From Saccostrea cucullata (lineage: Eukaryota), in contig NW_026936150.1 of the NCBI RefSeq assembly GCF_032062105.1, forward strand, positions 186,001 to 250,000: a stretch of DNA of 64,000 bases, given 5' to 3'. The notes under the pieces are model-generated. The model was not told the origin of the DNA. It saw nothing but the letters and a program-made list of their open reading frames with translations, and ran no database searches. Positions 12,401 to 25,400 of this stretch are shown piece after piece; position 1 is the stretch's first letter, and each line of letters starts with the position of its first letter. The translations under genes and the position numbers were made by a program.

Positions 12401-15400
12401 GTAACTCACTTTTTTTATACTCACGTTGTTGTAAACCCAGAACTGTCACCTATCATATCCTGTAAATCTGTTTTCGTCATGTGAGCAAAAAGATAAAACA
12501 ATCCTCTAAATACCAAAGTTTGCAGTTCTTCATAATCTTAGATAATTGATAGTTTTCTTAGGATAACTTTCAGCCAAAGCTTATTTTCTGAAATTTTAAT
12601 TTTTTTCTTTCAATTTTTTGCATAGCTGCAACCAAGAATTTTGCACCATTTTTTGTAGTATTGTTCACAATTTAGTCTGTGTATCTTTATAATATGTACG
12701 TTGAAAACTAAAAAAATTCAATATAGCACATATCAGCACATCAATATATACTCCACACTTTAAACATTCTTATTTTAAAATGTAAAAAGGTTTATGATAA
12801 ACGTGATGACTTGAACTTTTTAATCGTCAATTTTCTTTACTTATGTAACAATATTATATTTTTATCACCTGCACATGGATTTGTGTGTCTCAAATGAGTC
12901 CAGAAGAGCATGCTCTACGTATGAATAAATTCTAGAAAGAAACAAGTTGATGAAACAAGGATGCCAACAGTCTTGTTTGTAGTAACCGTTTTGCAAGACC
13001 AATGAGCGATACAATAGCCTTATAAGCAAATATAACCTACTGTTAGGTCAAATGCTGACAGGCAATTTTCATACGAATTGTTTGACCATTATTTACACAC
13101 TTAATTGTCTACGGATTTTCTGTTTTCTCCGATCAAGACAAGGAGCACACGGCGGGTGTGACCAGTTGGCTGGGGATTATCACTCCTCTATAGTACTTGA
13201 TCCCACCTCTGATGTTTTTGCGGTACTCCTAATTTGCATTGTTTAAATAGACTCTGAATTTGAATACTATTCGTTTTCTCCGCATTTCATTGCTATGGAA
13301 ACCTTTGAAAGGTAGTCAAAGTCATAGTCAAAGTGTTTCTTGTGACTCTTGTCCGTAAAATGCAAAACCTCAAACTTACTTTGTGCAAATGTATATTGAT
13401 ATTCAATCACAGAAATCTTTTTTGGAGTTTATCAAATGTTAATACCACTGATTGTTTTAGTATATATTTATGTGTTTTATTTATGATACCACTATAAAAT
13501 TAATATGAAATATGCATACTTGAGACAGTGGTATTTAACAGATGTCAGATTTTATTGATAGTAAGTTTTATGTAAATTTTAAATTATCATGTTATTATTA
13601 TATTTCTTGCAATTTTTTCGCCAAATCTTATTTAAAGAATTTTTCCACCTAATGTCAATCTAATTTTCGTAAAAGAATTCGCGCCATTGAATTATTCACA
13701 ATACTGTGGACTTTTCCATAAAAACTCAATTTGTACGAGTATCTGGCATTGAATAATACAAAGATTTGAACTACATTTAAATACTTATTAACAAAGAAAA
13801 GGAAAGTGTTAAAAATGCACAAGTGTGAAACTGGACATAAATTGTACTTTTATTACATGGGCAAAGAAAAAAAAGTAGCAATAGAAAAAGTCTGCTAGTT
13901 CCTAGAGATTAGCTGTTTGTGTGTTTGTTCTCTTGTACACAAATGTTAAACCTTAATTGTAATTTGTAACAAATTATATTCATAATTATCAAAGAATGTA
14001 TTTTTTTCAAAGATTTAATTGTATAATTGATACAAAGGAGTTGGTTACAAGTTCTAACAACTTAAGAGATAGAAAAAGTCCATGCAGAAAATTGACGATC
14101 CTGAATATCTTCTATGCCATGCGATGTAGTTTCAAGAATATTTTCTTATCTTTTATTCCTTGAATTGTTTGCATTGCCTTTATTGCATATTCTATCAATA
14201 AACACAAGTTCTGTCATTTTCATCTAAACATTCGATGATAAAGAAAGTAAACCACTTTTGTTCTTACATTGATTATTATTGAGAAATTCAGATCAAGAAG
14301 ATAAATTATTTTTTACTAAATGCACGAGAAGTTTATTGGAAAGTAGAAAAAATATTTTATTTACTAAGTTGTCTTTTTTGTGCTTTTCCAGTATATGCAA
14401 CAGTCGACCTACAAGCATGACTTTGTGCCCGCTAATGGGGTAAGTTTGACTTTATGGAATGTTGATTTTATTCCTTTGTATTCCAGTATATGCAACAGAC
14501 AACCTACTCACATGATTACAACTCGGGAGGGGTATGTAATTCTTCATAGCACCGCTTCATGTTAAAGAGCTGGGCAAGACAAAAGTTGTCCATAAATGTA
14601 ACAAAAACGATGGGCTAAAGATATTGTCGCATTGCTCTTTGAATGCTGAAAATAGCTAAGATGCCCTTTTGTAGAAGGGCATGCTCCAGTTTTCTTTATT
14701 TTATGTGTGTATTGTAGTAGCAGAAACTTGACGATTTTTGCTTTTTATGTTCTAGAAAAAATTATCATTTTTAATTTCAATGAAAGTTTATTTTTCAATT
14801 AATACCAAAAGTATTTTTTATTTACATGTATGTAATCACATATTAGGTGCTTGTGGTATTAATTTAAAAGATATTGATCAATAATCAATTTATGAGATAC
14901 TTTTTGAAAATCAATCATATTCCTATTCTAATCTCCCAATTTATTTCTATTTGAAAATTTTAATAGATAACTGACAATTTCAATTAGGCAACAATGGTAT
15001 GCAGTAGGAATATTTATTGATTGCTTTTTTAATGTCATGGCAAGCTTCAATATTAACAAAAGTTAGAAGAGAATTCTATAGTTTCATAAATATTTCCCTA
15101 TCAACTTTCGTTGTAATTTTTTTTACAACGCGACCTAGTTAAGTTATTAAAAGGTTTTGTAGGCAGAAACCCTTACTATATAAATATTTGATAAATCATC
15201 ATCTTTATATTTTTTGAGTTTTATAGAGTAAATCTTAAGAGATACTTAGTATTTTGATGAGAAATCTGAAGGCATATTCATACATGTTTTTCTATCAAAC
15301 AGGGTCGGGTATGTATTTCTATTTCAGTACAAAATACCACTAAACAGTAAAACATTTCTTCTAGTGTGAACACACGACATATCTAATAAGAACATTTATG

Positions 15401-18400
15401 TATTTTGTGGCGTTTTAATTGTTTTAAAAGCATTTTTATTGTTTAGTCATGCTAAAGATTAATATATAAGCGTCAAAACCAATTAACAAAGGAATGGCAT
15501 GAATCCCAAATGGAATAAAACCACCAGAACTTCAATCAGAATGACATATTCCTCATTTTGAAGATAATTAATGTAAAACCTATTCTGAATCCTTTCTCCG
15601 GCTTGAAATCCTTAGTCACGAAATATCGCACAAAGCAGTTACATGTACAGTATCTCATTCATTTTAAGGACAAGGTTGATTTTTTTATTTGAAAGATTGC
15701 ATAAAATTGATCAAAATTTTTTTTCTGTTAATCCTTGACATAAAGATTTATAATTGTTATATACTTTAACTTTAAAAGATGAAAGAGACTACAGCAACAT
15801 TAATTCATTATGTCCGAAAAATCTTAAGTAAAAAATCAATGTACATAGAAAGCCAATATTATTCAAGCGGAATTTTATTTCTTTTTTAGATTTCTCCAAG
15901 GAACAGACAGACAAACTACCCATACGGAGCAGATGCACCCAAAGCCGACATTGCTCCTCCTTACACCAACTTCCGGCCACGATTCAGCGACCCTCTCCCT
16001 CCGCATATTAGAGATGTAACGAACCTTATTCTTATCTCTTTTAAATTTTTAATTGCTGAAGCACTCTAAGGAGCGCTGATGTAGATGGGCTTAATTTTCT
16101 ATTCCACTGAAAGTCTACTGACATACGATTTCTGTTCAAATGTTATGACATGGTATTTTTGCAGTTTCATTCAATTCCTTCTTTCTACAATTTGGTGAAA
16201 ATATTTCATGGATATAGCTAATAAGGACTTTCATCCTATAATTCCAATTATTCTGCATAATGTATTTCATAAACCTATCATCTTGAAATATATTGCAAAT
16301 TATGGGATTTTTAATTCAATTATCCAAAATATTCAGATGCTTGAACATAATGTAAGTGATTTTAATTTCTTTGGATGAGAAATGTTAAAAAAGATATATT
16401 CTAAATATTCATAAAAACACCACAACATGTATCATTTGCCACCTTTATATCTAATAAAATACAATATATGAAATAATCAAATCCTTCGGACTCTGTGGGA
16501 AACTTTCAGATACTAGTACGAATAGAGATATTCAGCTAATCCTATCCAATAATTTTAAAATACTAAAGGTATAGGTAAATATTGAATGTAAAAATTCTTT
16601 TTAAAGCAGTTCTTTTCTTTATAATCGAATGCTCAATTTAAATTATTTAAAACTGGGAGAAATAAGAAAAAATATGAATAAATATTGAATAACATACACT
16701 GTATATTCTTTGGATTCAATTCAAATATCAGTATCACAATTAAATAAAAATGGAAGCGTTTATTCTATAGAATTCTATAAAATCGTTTGAGAAAGTGTCA
16801 TTTCTTACCCTGAAACATTCGTTTTTGTAGCTGGATGGCCAGAGATATGATGATCAGCCCTTAACGGATAGGGTGAGTCAGTAGTGTGTGCCAAATTCCA
16901 AAAATAAAACTCCTGGTCTCAATTTCATGTTAACATTTATCAATCATAAACCTTGTTTTACATTCTGATACTAGTTATTTGTGCCATCTTTCAGCAAAGA
17001 GTCAAGAGAGGAGAAGAGTGGATAGGCGGGGTAAGTGATTTAACATTCCTGTCTTATGTTTTACTTTTTAAATTGCTTTAAGGGAAGTAACTCGTACTGG
17101 AATTAAATATCTCTTATTTTGCAGAGACGATACGACGAGCCCCTAACAGACAGAGGCGTAAGTTGAAATAACACATTTACAGCACAGTAAATACACAAAT
17201 ATATCATTTTATATTTAATAATCCCAATGTGAATTGATTACTAATAAATACTATAACTTGGGAGAAAGATATTACAGTTGCACCTGATTATAGGTCTATA
17301 TTCCACCTAGAAAGGTATGTTTAGTACAACTTTTTGCTCCTGCATCTTGTGCATGTCTTTCTATAGTTTGATTATATCATAATCTGTCCCTCTCTATTTT
17401 TTCTAGGCCAATCGTCTTTTAAAGTTTTATTAGTAATTCTATTGTCGATACATTGAACTTGTCAGCAAGTACGACCTATCATTTAGTCAAATGCTGACTG
17501 ACGTTTTTCATACTTATTGTTGGACCATAATTTACACGCTGTATTGACGACGTTTTTATCCTGTTATTTCCCGATCATGAAAAAGAGCTCGCGGCAGGTG
17601 TGATTGATCGGCAAGGGATGCTCACCATGCCTTGGCACCTGATCCTACCTCTGATGTTTTAGATGTCCGTGTTTGCTCTGCTCCTAATTTGTAATTCCAA
17701 CGGATTTTTGAGCTTGAATACTGTTCGTTATCGTCCCATCTTTTATTACAAAATGTGTCAGCTTTTTAAATTTTATTAATGTTGAGATATGAAAGTAATG
17801 AAAAAAATATGACAAGAAAGGAGAGAGGATTATCAAACAATTTTTATGAAAATTTTATTCCATTTACAAAATTTTCGAAATGATGATTATACTTTCAATT
17901 TAAAAAAAAAAAAAATATGGGTAATTTTTGACAAACAAAAATATTGTGCTTCAAGCTTTTAAGAAGTCGATGCTCTTTTTTGGATTGTTTACATACGAAC
18001 TATTATAACCTGTTGCCAAATATTTTAGACTTTTTAACAAAATAAAATTTTAAAGAGCAAAGCTACAGCTTATAACTTGAAGTCGTATTATAATTTTATA
18101 TCTTCTAACATTAATAAAACATTGCGGAATTAATAGTTTTATTTTACTTATAAAGTAGAAAACATACAAAGTATTTTTTTTAGATCAAGAACATAGTACA
18201 TTTTTCACTAAAATAAAATCTCTAGATATAAATATTTTAATTTTCTAGTTGCATGCAAGCACTAACACAAGTAGACAACACATTTACAATCAATTATATT
18301 TTTAAAAGATTTTTTAGTCCCATTAATTGTAGTAATGTTTTTCTGAATATATATGTAGTATTAAAACCAAACTAACAACTAAGCTAAATGTCAAATTTGA

Positions 18401-21400
18401 TGATGTTGACATCCATATTTATTTGGCAATATTTTGTTATGGACTGCTTAGGTTTAAGTCTCTTAACGTATTTCCAAGAACATCGTCTGTGCAAGATAAA
18501 ATAATTTGATTTTACAGTGTTTTTAAAAGTCTGCAAGTTTGCAAACTTAATGGTAATTAAAGTGATCTTATAAATATAACCAATGGGTCTAATTAGATTG
18601 ACATGGTTTAAACATTTTGTAAAGTTATTTCTTTTTATAAGAGATTACTTCGTTAACTTCACTACAAAGGCCAAATATGACTGGTGAGATCAGACAAAAT
18701 CGGAAGTTTACTCCTATAATACAAGTGATTCCATTTCTTTTGTTTTAAGAGACCATGATCTCGATATGTATTTGTGAAATTGTTTACTCTTGGTTGTTCA
18801 TAGTTTAAGATTAAGTTAAACCAAATCCCTTTGTACTCCTTTAATGTTTCACTTTACTAACAGTTTCCTTCTCTCTGCAGCAATATTATGAAAGGGATCG
18901 AGGAAGAGATATCTCACCAAATAGGGTAAATATCGCTTATACTGAACAGCCTTCTGAAGCATTGCTTTCACCTATATACATTTTAGTTAGATATCACTTA
19001 TTGAACAGGCTTCTGAAATATTGCTGTCACATATGTAGGTTAATATCACTTCTTGAACAGGCTTCAAAAGTATTGCTTTCACCAGTGTAGTTAGATATCA
19101 CTCAATGAACGGTATTTTAAAACATTGCTATCACCTATGTAGATAGATATGACTTATTTTAAAAGCTTCTCAACTATTCTTTTTATCTGAGGGGATAAAT
19201 TACACAAAATTCTAAAATATAGCTTTCCCCTTAGCCTGTAGGTGTCACCCAGTAAAGAATATTACAGTAGTTCTTAACGTTCTGAAGTTTATAATATTTC
19301 ACAATCTGTGACTGATTGTCTTATTACAGAAGACTTAGTTCTCAAAGCATTTTGTAATTTTTTTTATTTATTTGAAAGAGAAACAAAAAAGCTAACAAGT
19401 CAGTGGTATGTTAAGTATATATAAAGGATAATAGGAGGGTGATGAAGCAATATTTTATTTTCAGAGAGATGATAGAATGTATAAACCGGAAGATGGTCGA
19501 TACACCTCATTGGATAGGGTATTCATTGTTCATGTCTTTAATCTTAACAACCATAGAGTGACTAAATGTTATATATTAAATGAAAATTTTTACTTCGTTG
19601 GTATTACCTAGAAAGTTATTGTTCATAAAAAAAACAAGAAAATGTAATTGTCTTTTAAGAAGTAATGCACGATATAAGCGTAATTATATATCTAATAAAA
19701 CTTCCATCTGTGTACAGATACATGTTAGGAACAGACATAATAAGTTCCTTTCAGAGTTTAAGAATATGACATATCATTTTCAGAGAGATGACAGAATGTA
19801 TAATATACGGGACGATGGTCGATACACGTCACTCGATAGGGTACTGTGTCTATGTGTCTGTCTGTGACTATCAGTAGATTGCTTGATTGCTAACAACAGT
19901 TTAACCATGTCTCTATTCATATTTACAAAACCTGAGTATTAATCTTGTATTTTCTTTTCATATTATTTACCGATATAATTTGCCTTCTTGCAAAAAAAAA
20001 ACAATAACAAAAAACAGACACACAATCTAGCTTTGTAGGTCTTATAAAACTATTAATCAACACATAAAAACAGAAACAATCATTAAATGACAAAAATATA
20101 CACAGAAAATATTTTCAGTTTTAAATAGGAAGCAATAATTAATAAACGAATCATAATTATATGATAATGTGAATTAAAATAGCATAAAAATATAATATTT
20201 CACGCAATTTTAATATACTTTTAATTACCTTTTTTCCTTTTCTTCCAGCAAAATCTGAGGTTGAGACGACACGCTTCACTTGATAGGGTATTAAGTAGAT
20301 ATATATCTTAAATGAAAATATAATTAGACTGCTTATGTTTGAATTATACAGAAATACTTCATTTTTGTGCCAAAATTGTATTAAAAAATCGTATATCAAC
20401 ATTTAAAGTGTTGTAAAAATATGCACAATTAAAAGTTGAAGATAAGTATTTTTTCCAATTATTTTGAATAATGATATGAGATTTAAATTTTCAACAGATT
20501 AAATTACTTATCGAAAATATTCAATCTTCCAGTATGATTTAATGGATAAACGGAAAGAAAACCTAAAGCAAGTACGTTTTCCTTTATTACAATTTAAAGT
20601 GTTTAAATCTTTACAGTTCGAACTTCCAAAACGAAGAAATGCAAGTATTAAACACTTTTTCAAAAATGTTGAATAATGAACTAAAAATATTAAATAGGAT
20701 TAACAAGGGATGTGTTATGGTCAAAAGGGATAAGAAATTTATAACCAACTAATGATAAAATTAGACATAACATATTTATAACTGCAAAAACTTGGTTTCA
20801 GTACATCGCAGATAGGCGGAGGGGGACAGATGAGGGAAGGGTATGTGCGGTGCCAGCTAAACTGTGTTACTAGTATTTCATTCTTTCACACAAGAAACGC
20901 CACGAAAGATTTTTTTCACACTCTGCTTTTATCTGCTTTTAATTAGTTTTGTTATATGTTTGTTTTCCTTTTCAGCTTAATCCAATAGAGCGCTTTTCTA
21001 ATGCTTGACATTTCAGCTTCTTTTACAACACCTGCTTGATCTACATCAATAGTTGTATTATTTCTCTGCTTCTTGCCAGGAAAAGTCTCTTTGAACATGC
21101 TGATATTTGAAGTGGTTTAAAATATAATCAATTGTTTGATTAACTATTGTTATTTTTTTCAGTACCAAGACAGAGGAATGAACGGTTCCCCAGAACGGGT
21201 AAGAAATATATAGATTTACTTCCTATTTGGAAATTAAACTGAAGGAATGAATCGTCTAAATCAAGGTAAATTAAATTGTTTTAATGTTTCATCTGACCTT
21301 TTCTTGCAGTATTACGATAGAGGACGTGACCTTGACCGAGGTCGAGGTTATGACAGAGCTAGGGACGGATCCCCCAGCAAGGTCAGTTGTTTTGATGGAG

Positions 21401-22402
21401 TCGCCCTCATCAAACCCTGCACAAAATACCTTTGTTACATTTATACTGAGTAAAAATCAAATACAATGTATATAAACAAAATGAAAATTAAAATAGAACA
21501 TATTTTCATAAAAATCTTCTAAACATGAACAAGATGTAACATAATGGCTTAATTTGTATATAAATATATGCTCAAAATGATTTTGAATCCTTTGCATAAG
21601 AATTAGAAATGGTAACTTTTTTGTTAACATTGGAATCAAAGTTTTGAATTTCAAATGTTTATATTATCTGTTTTTCTCAGTATGATTGGACACATCTGTC
21701 TTTGTTTTAAATACCCCACATGCCTCTATATTCGTATTTTGGCGTCTTTCTTATTAATTTATTAAGAGAATAGGGAGATAAGTCAATAAAAGTGCCCATA
21801 GTTTGAAACACGAAAATAAAGAAGTCAAGATTAAAAATAATCATTTATCTATAAAAGTTCTTTGACATAGTGTAAACATCAGCTTAATATTTCAAATCAT
21901 GTTGATAATGAAAACGCTGCCCCCGAAATAAAATTTCAAGAATCAATTAAATTTCTTAACAATTTTAAAATACTGTTGGAAATTTCTACTGACATTTTCT
22001 TGAATATGCTACGGCAATTTTTCAATTAACATGTGTATATTTCTATCAAATAATTTGATTTGATATTCATATTTGACGAATCGTTTTTTGATAGATTTAT
22101 ATTTAAGAAATCTTCAATTAACATTAACATGGTTTCATCCCCAATATATTGAATGTAAAAAGAATGGATAGAAATTTAATTTCTGATATATTTTATTATA
22201 GTTTAGGGAATACGATCAGGGTCGGAATGCGTATAATGGTTATAATGATCGGGTACGTATCGTAAACAAATCCATCATATGATCATTATTTTACAAGTAT
22301 TCAACTTTCTGTTTTTCAAATTATGTACATGGTGAACAAATTCTTGTAGGGTAATCATTGCTTTAAGTCCCTCTTTGTTAGTAGAAAGGATATCTGTTAT
22401 TA

Positions 22403-22482
<80 letters not shown>

Positions 22483-25400
22483 CATTTTATCAACTATGAG
22501 TGAATATTAAATATGTATATTCTGATAAATCATAGTAAATTTTGTGTAAATATCCATCCAATGTTTTTCCTTAGATTTAAACTTTCTTTCTGAATCTTTC
22601 CTTCTACTCACTAGTATCTAACATTTAGTATACATGTACCTTGTGATTTCCCTGTACAAGTAACCTCTCTGTACATGTGACTTCTCTGTATTGTCTGCTC
22701 TTAACTTTCACATGTGACGTCTTGTGTTTACAGTATTATGATGCATCACGTGATAAATTTAAATATCCAGACTGGGTATGCAAATCAATTTAACACCTAA
22801 CTGTGTTACATTATTAACAATCTTATAAATTTTCATACATTTATGTGATTCACAAAATCTAGTTAATTATAGATTATATATTAATATTTGTCATCAATTT
22901 ATAATCACATGTTTTGTTGAATAATAAAAAAGTGATCATATTCAACATTACACTATATTTTAGATGGACTTGACTTAGCAATACATTAGTTTTAGTTTAA
23001 GCTTCGGTACAATATAATGTCATTTTTGTTATACGTAGCTAACATCTGCATCATTGTGTGGATTTAGCAGAATATGAGGTTTTCTGGCATCAGATTAACA
23101 TAACTAAAACTTATACAGTGCACTACAAAGTTCACATAAAACATAAAATTTAGATGATTTTTAAAAGATCACAATTTTTAAAAAATTTTCTGTAGCAAAA
23201 CTATTTAGATTGTAAATTTTTAGCAATGGGTTCTAAAATACTTCCTTTATCTTAAATTCCTTTAAATTGCATGAAAAAAAGTTTCTTTTTATTTTTATTG
23301 CAAGAATATAAATGATAATGAATATGATTTATGATCTTATAAGATTAAGGTTAGATTTGTATTATGACGCTTATATATGTTTCTTTTCTTCAGTACGAGC
23401 AGCCAGTACAGCCCGGGATAGAAAGTTACGCGGACCACAAGGTCAGTCAAACACCACGGAACCTTTGACTTATGTTTATGCTTATGTAAAAAACGTATTG
23501 TAGGTACTAAAATGTTTGGAACTATAAGAATAATTTTTTTTCTAAACTAGAAAATGGCCGACAGAACAACCTACAAGGATTATGGGGAGGTAGGTTTTTG
23601 TGCATAATTTCTTTCACTATATTCATATGAAATCAAAATTTTCAATAAACCTACTGTATTATTATTCAGTTGTTTATACATGTATGTTTCAGTTTCTACA
23701 AGAAAAAATCAAAATGGAAGAACTTCGAAAGGTAATGATATTTCACTTTGATAACTGGAAAGGTTTTTATAAATCACTTTCCTCAATTTCCTTTAAAATG
23801 AGCTCTAACACAAGTTGATATAATAGCAAGAAAGCAAATCAAAGGAATAAAATAAAATTAAAGTATTTACACTTATTATCTGTGATTACACCATAGAGCT
23901 AAATACATACATTAATCAAAGCTCATGTCTTTCTTTAAATTTTTTAAAGTTGTCTCTCTTTAACTTTAAATGTCCGTTAAGATATTCTTACTTTGGTCAT
24001 TTGTATAGCACGTAATTTGTGAAATATTTGCGAAGATTACTTGACGTTAATTTCAATATAATTTTTCAGCAACCTTTGGAATATCCTGCAGCTAATCTGG
24101 TGAGTGATTATGAGTTTTATTATTGTGCATTTTAGGTATGATGAGCAGTACGCTTTTGTTTAATAAATTAAATCAAGATCTCTTTTTCACTTTGTATTGA
24201 TCCAATCATTTTAATTTTGGGGTTTTCTATTAATTTGTTTAAACGTCTGAAACAGAATAAAGGGATGTATATTTGATGTATATATTTACAAGGAGAAGAA
24301 ATATTAAATAATTTATTTTCAAAGTTTAGGGGAGAACAAATGATTCAAACACCTAATCATATATAAATTAGGGATACTTTATTTTCTAAATATTCTAGCA
24401 AAATGTACATGATTTAATACATTCGATAAATTCCAGCACTTAAATTCCAGCAAAAAATAGATATCAAAGCAGCCTTCGAAAAATCGATCGGTCTTTAACT
24501 GAAACATTAAAACAGGAGAAAGGTTTTAACATGGGTTTTGGTACCTAAAATAACTTAAAAATCGATAATGATTGAAAGAAATATTGCGCTTTTGATCAAA
24601 CGTCAATACTTCTATCTGTTTGTTTACTCCTGAACATGCGTAGACATCGTTAAAGCTACGAACAATTTAAATGTGTTTCAAAAGTCAACGGCGCTTTAAC
24701 TTGAATGGAGTGTAGGCAAAGTACCTGTCACTTTACATTAAATTTGATTTAATTTTCACGAGGCCCAGATATTTCTGAGATGTGTTTGCTTTTGTCGGGG
24801 ATTGAGTAAGGTATTAATGGATGTCATCATAGTGTGTCTTTTCTCGTGATTCATTGTCAATTTCAAAAGTAGACTCTGCTCTATTGTTGACACTCTGTAA
24901 ATCGGATCACATGGCTACCATAGATCCTCTGCGATACACAAACAGCAAGCTAGATACGGTGGAAGCGGGCATAGAGGTTGTGAAAGCAAAAGTGGGACTG
25001 GTGGACGAAAAAGTCGGAATAATGGCGGAGGACTGGAAGCTGTATGGCCCGAGAATCAATGCGCTGGAGGATAACATCCATTACCATGACACAAAGATGG
25101 ATGAGTTCAATACAAGAGAAGGGATCCACTCTGCCAAGCTTAGAACTCTAGAGGAAGAATTATCAAAACTCAGAGCACAAAACAATCGTCTCCAGGATGA
25201 GCTACATGTAATGCATAAATCACCTAGGTTTGTCGAAGATGATCGCGAAAAGCGAAAAAATAACGCAACTAATGATAAACATGATAATGAAAAAAGAAAT
25301 GTGGATTTTCAGAAGGGACAGCTGAGCCACAGAGACACCTATCGGGAGCAGATGTACGGACCGGACAACGAGAACAGGTATTACACCAGGGACAACCAGC

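Noticed and set aside
18640-18684. Additional microexon ending ...gactg|gtgaga
   Set aside because: No acceptor gives a 3n, stop-free phase-0 exon.
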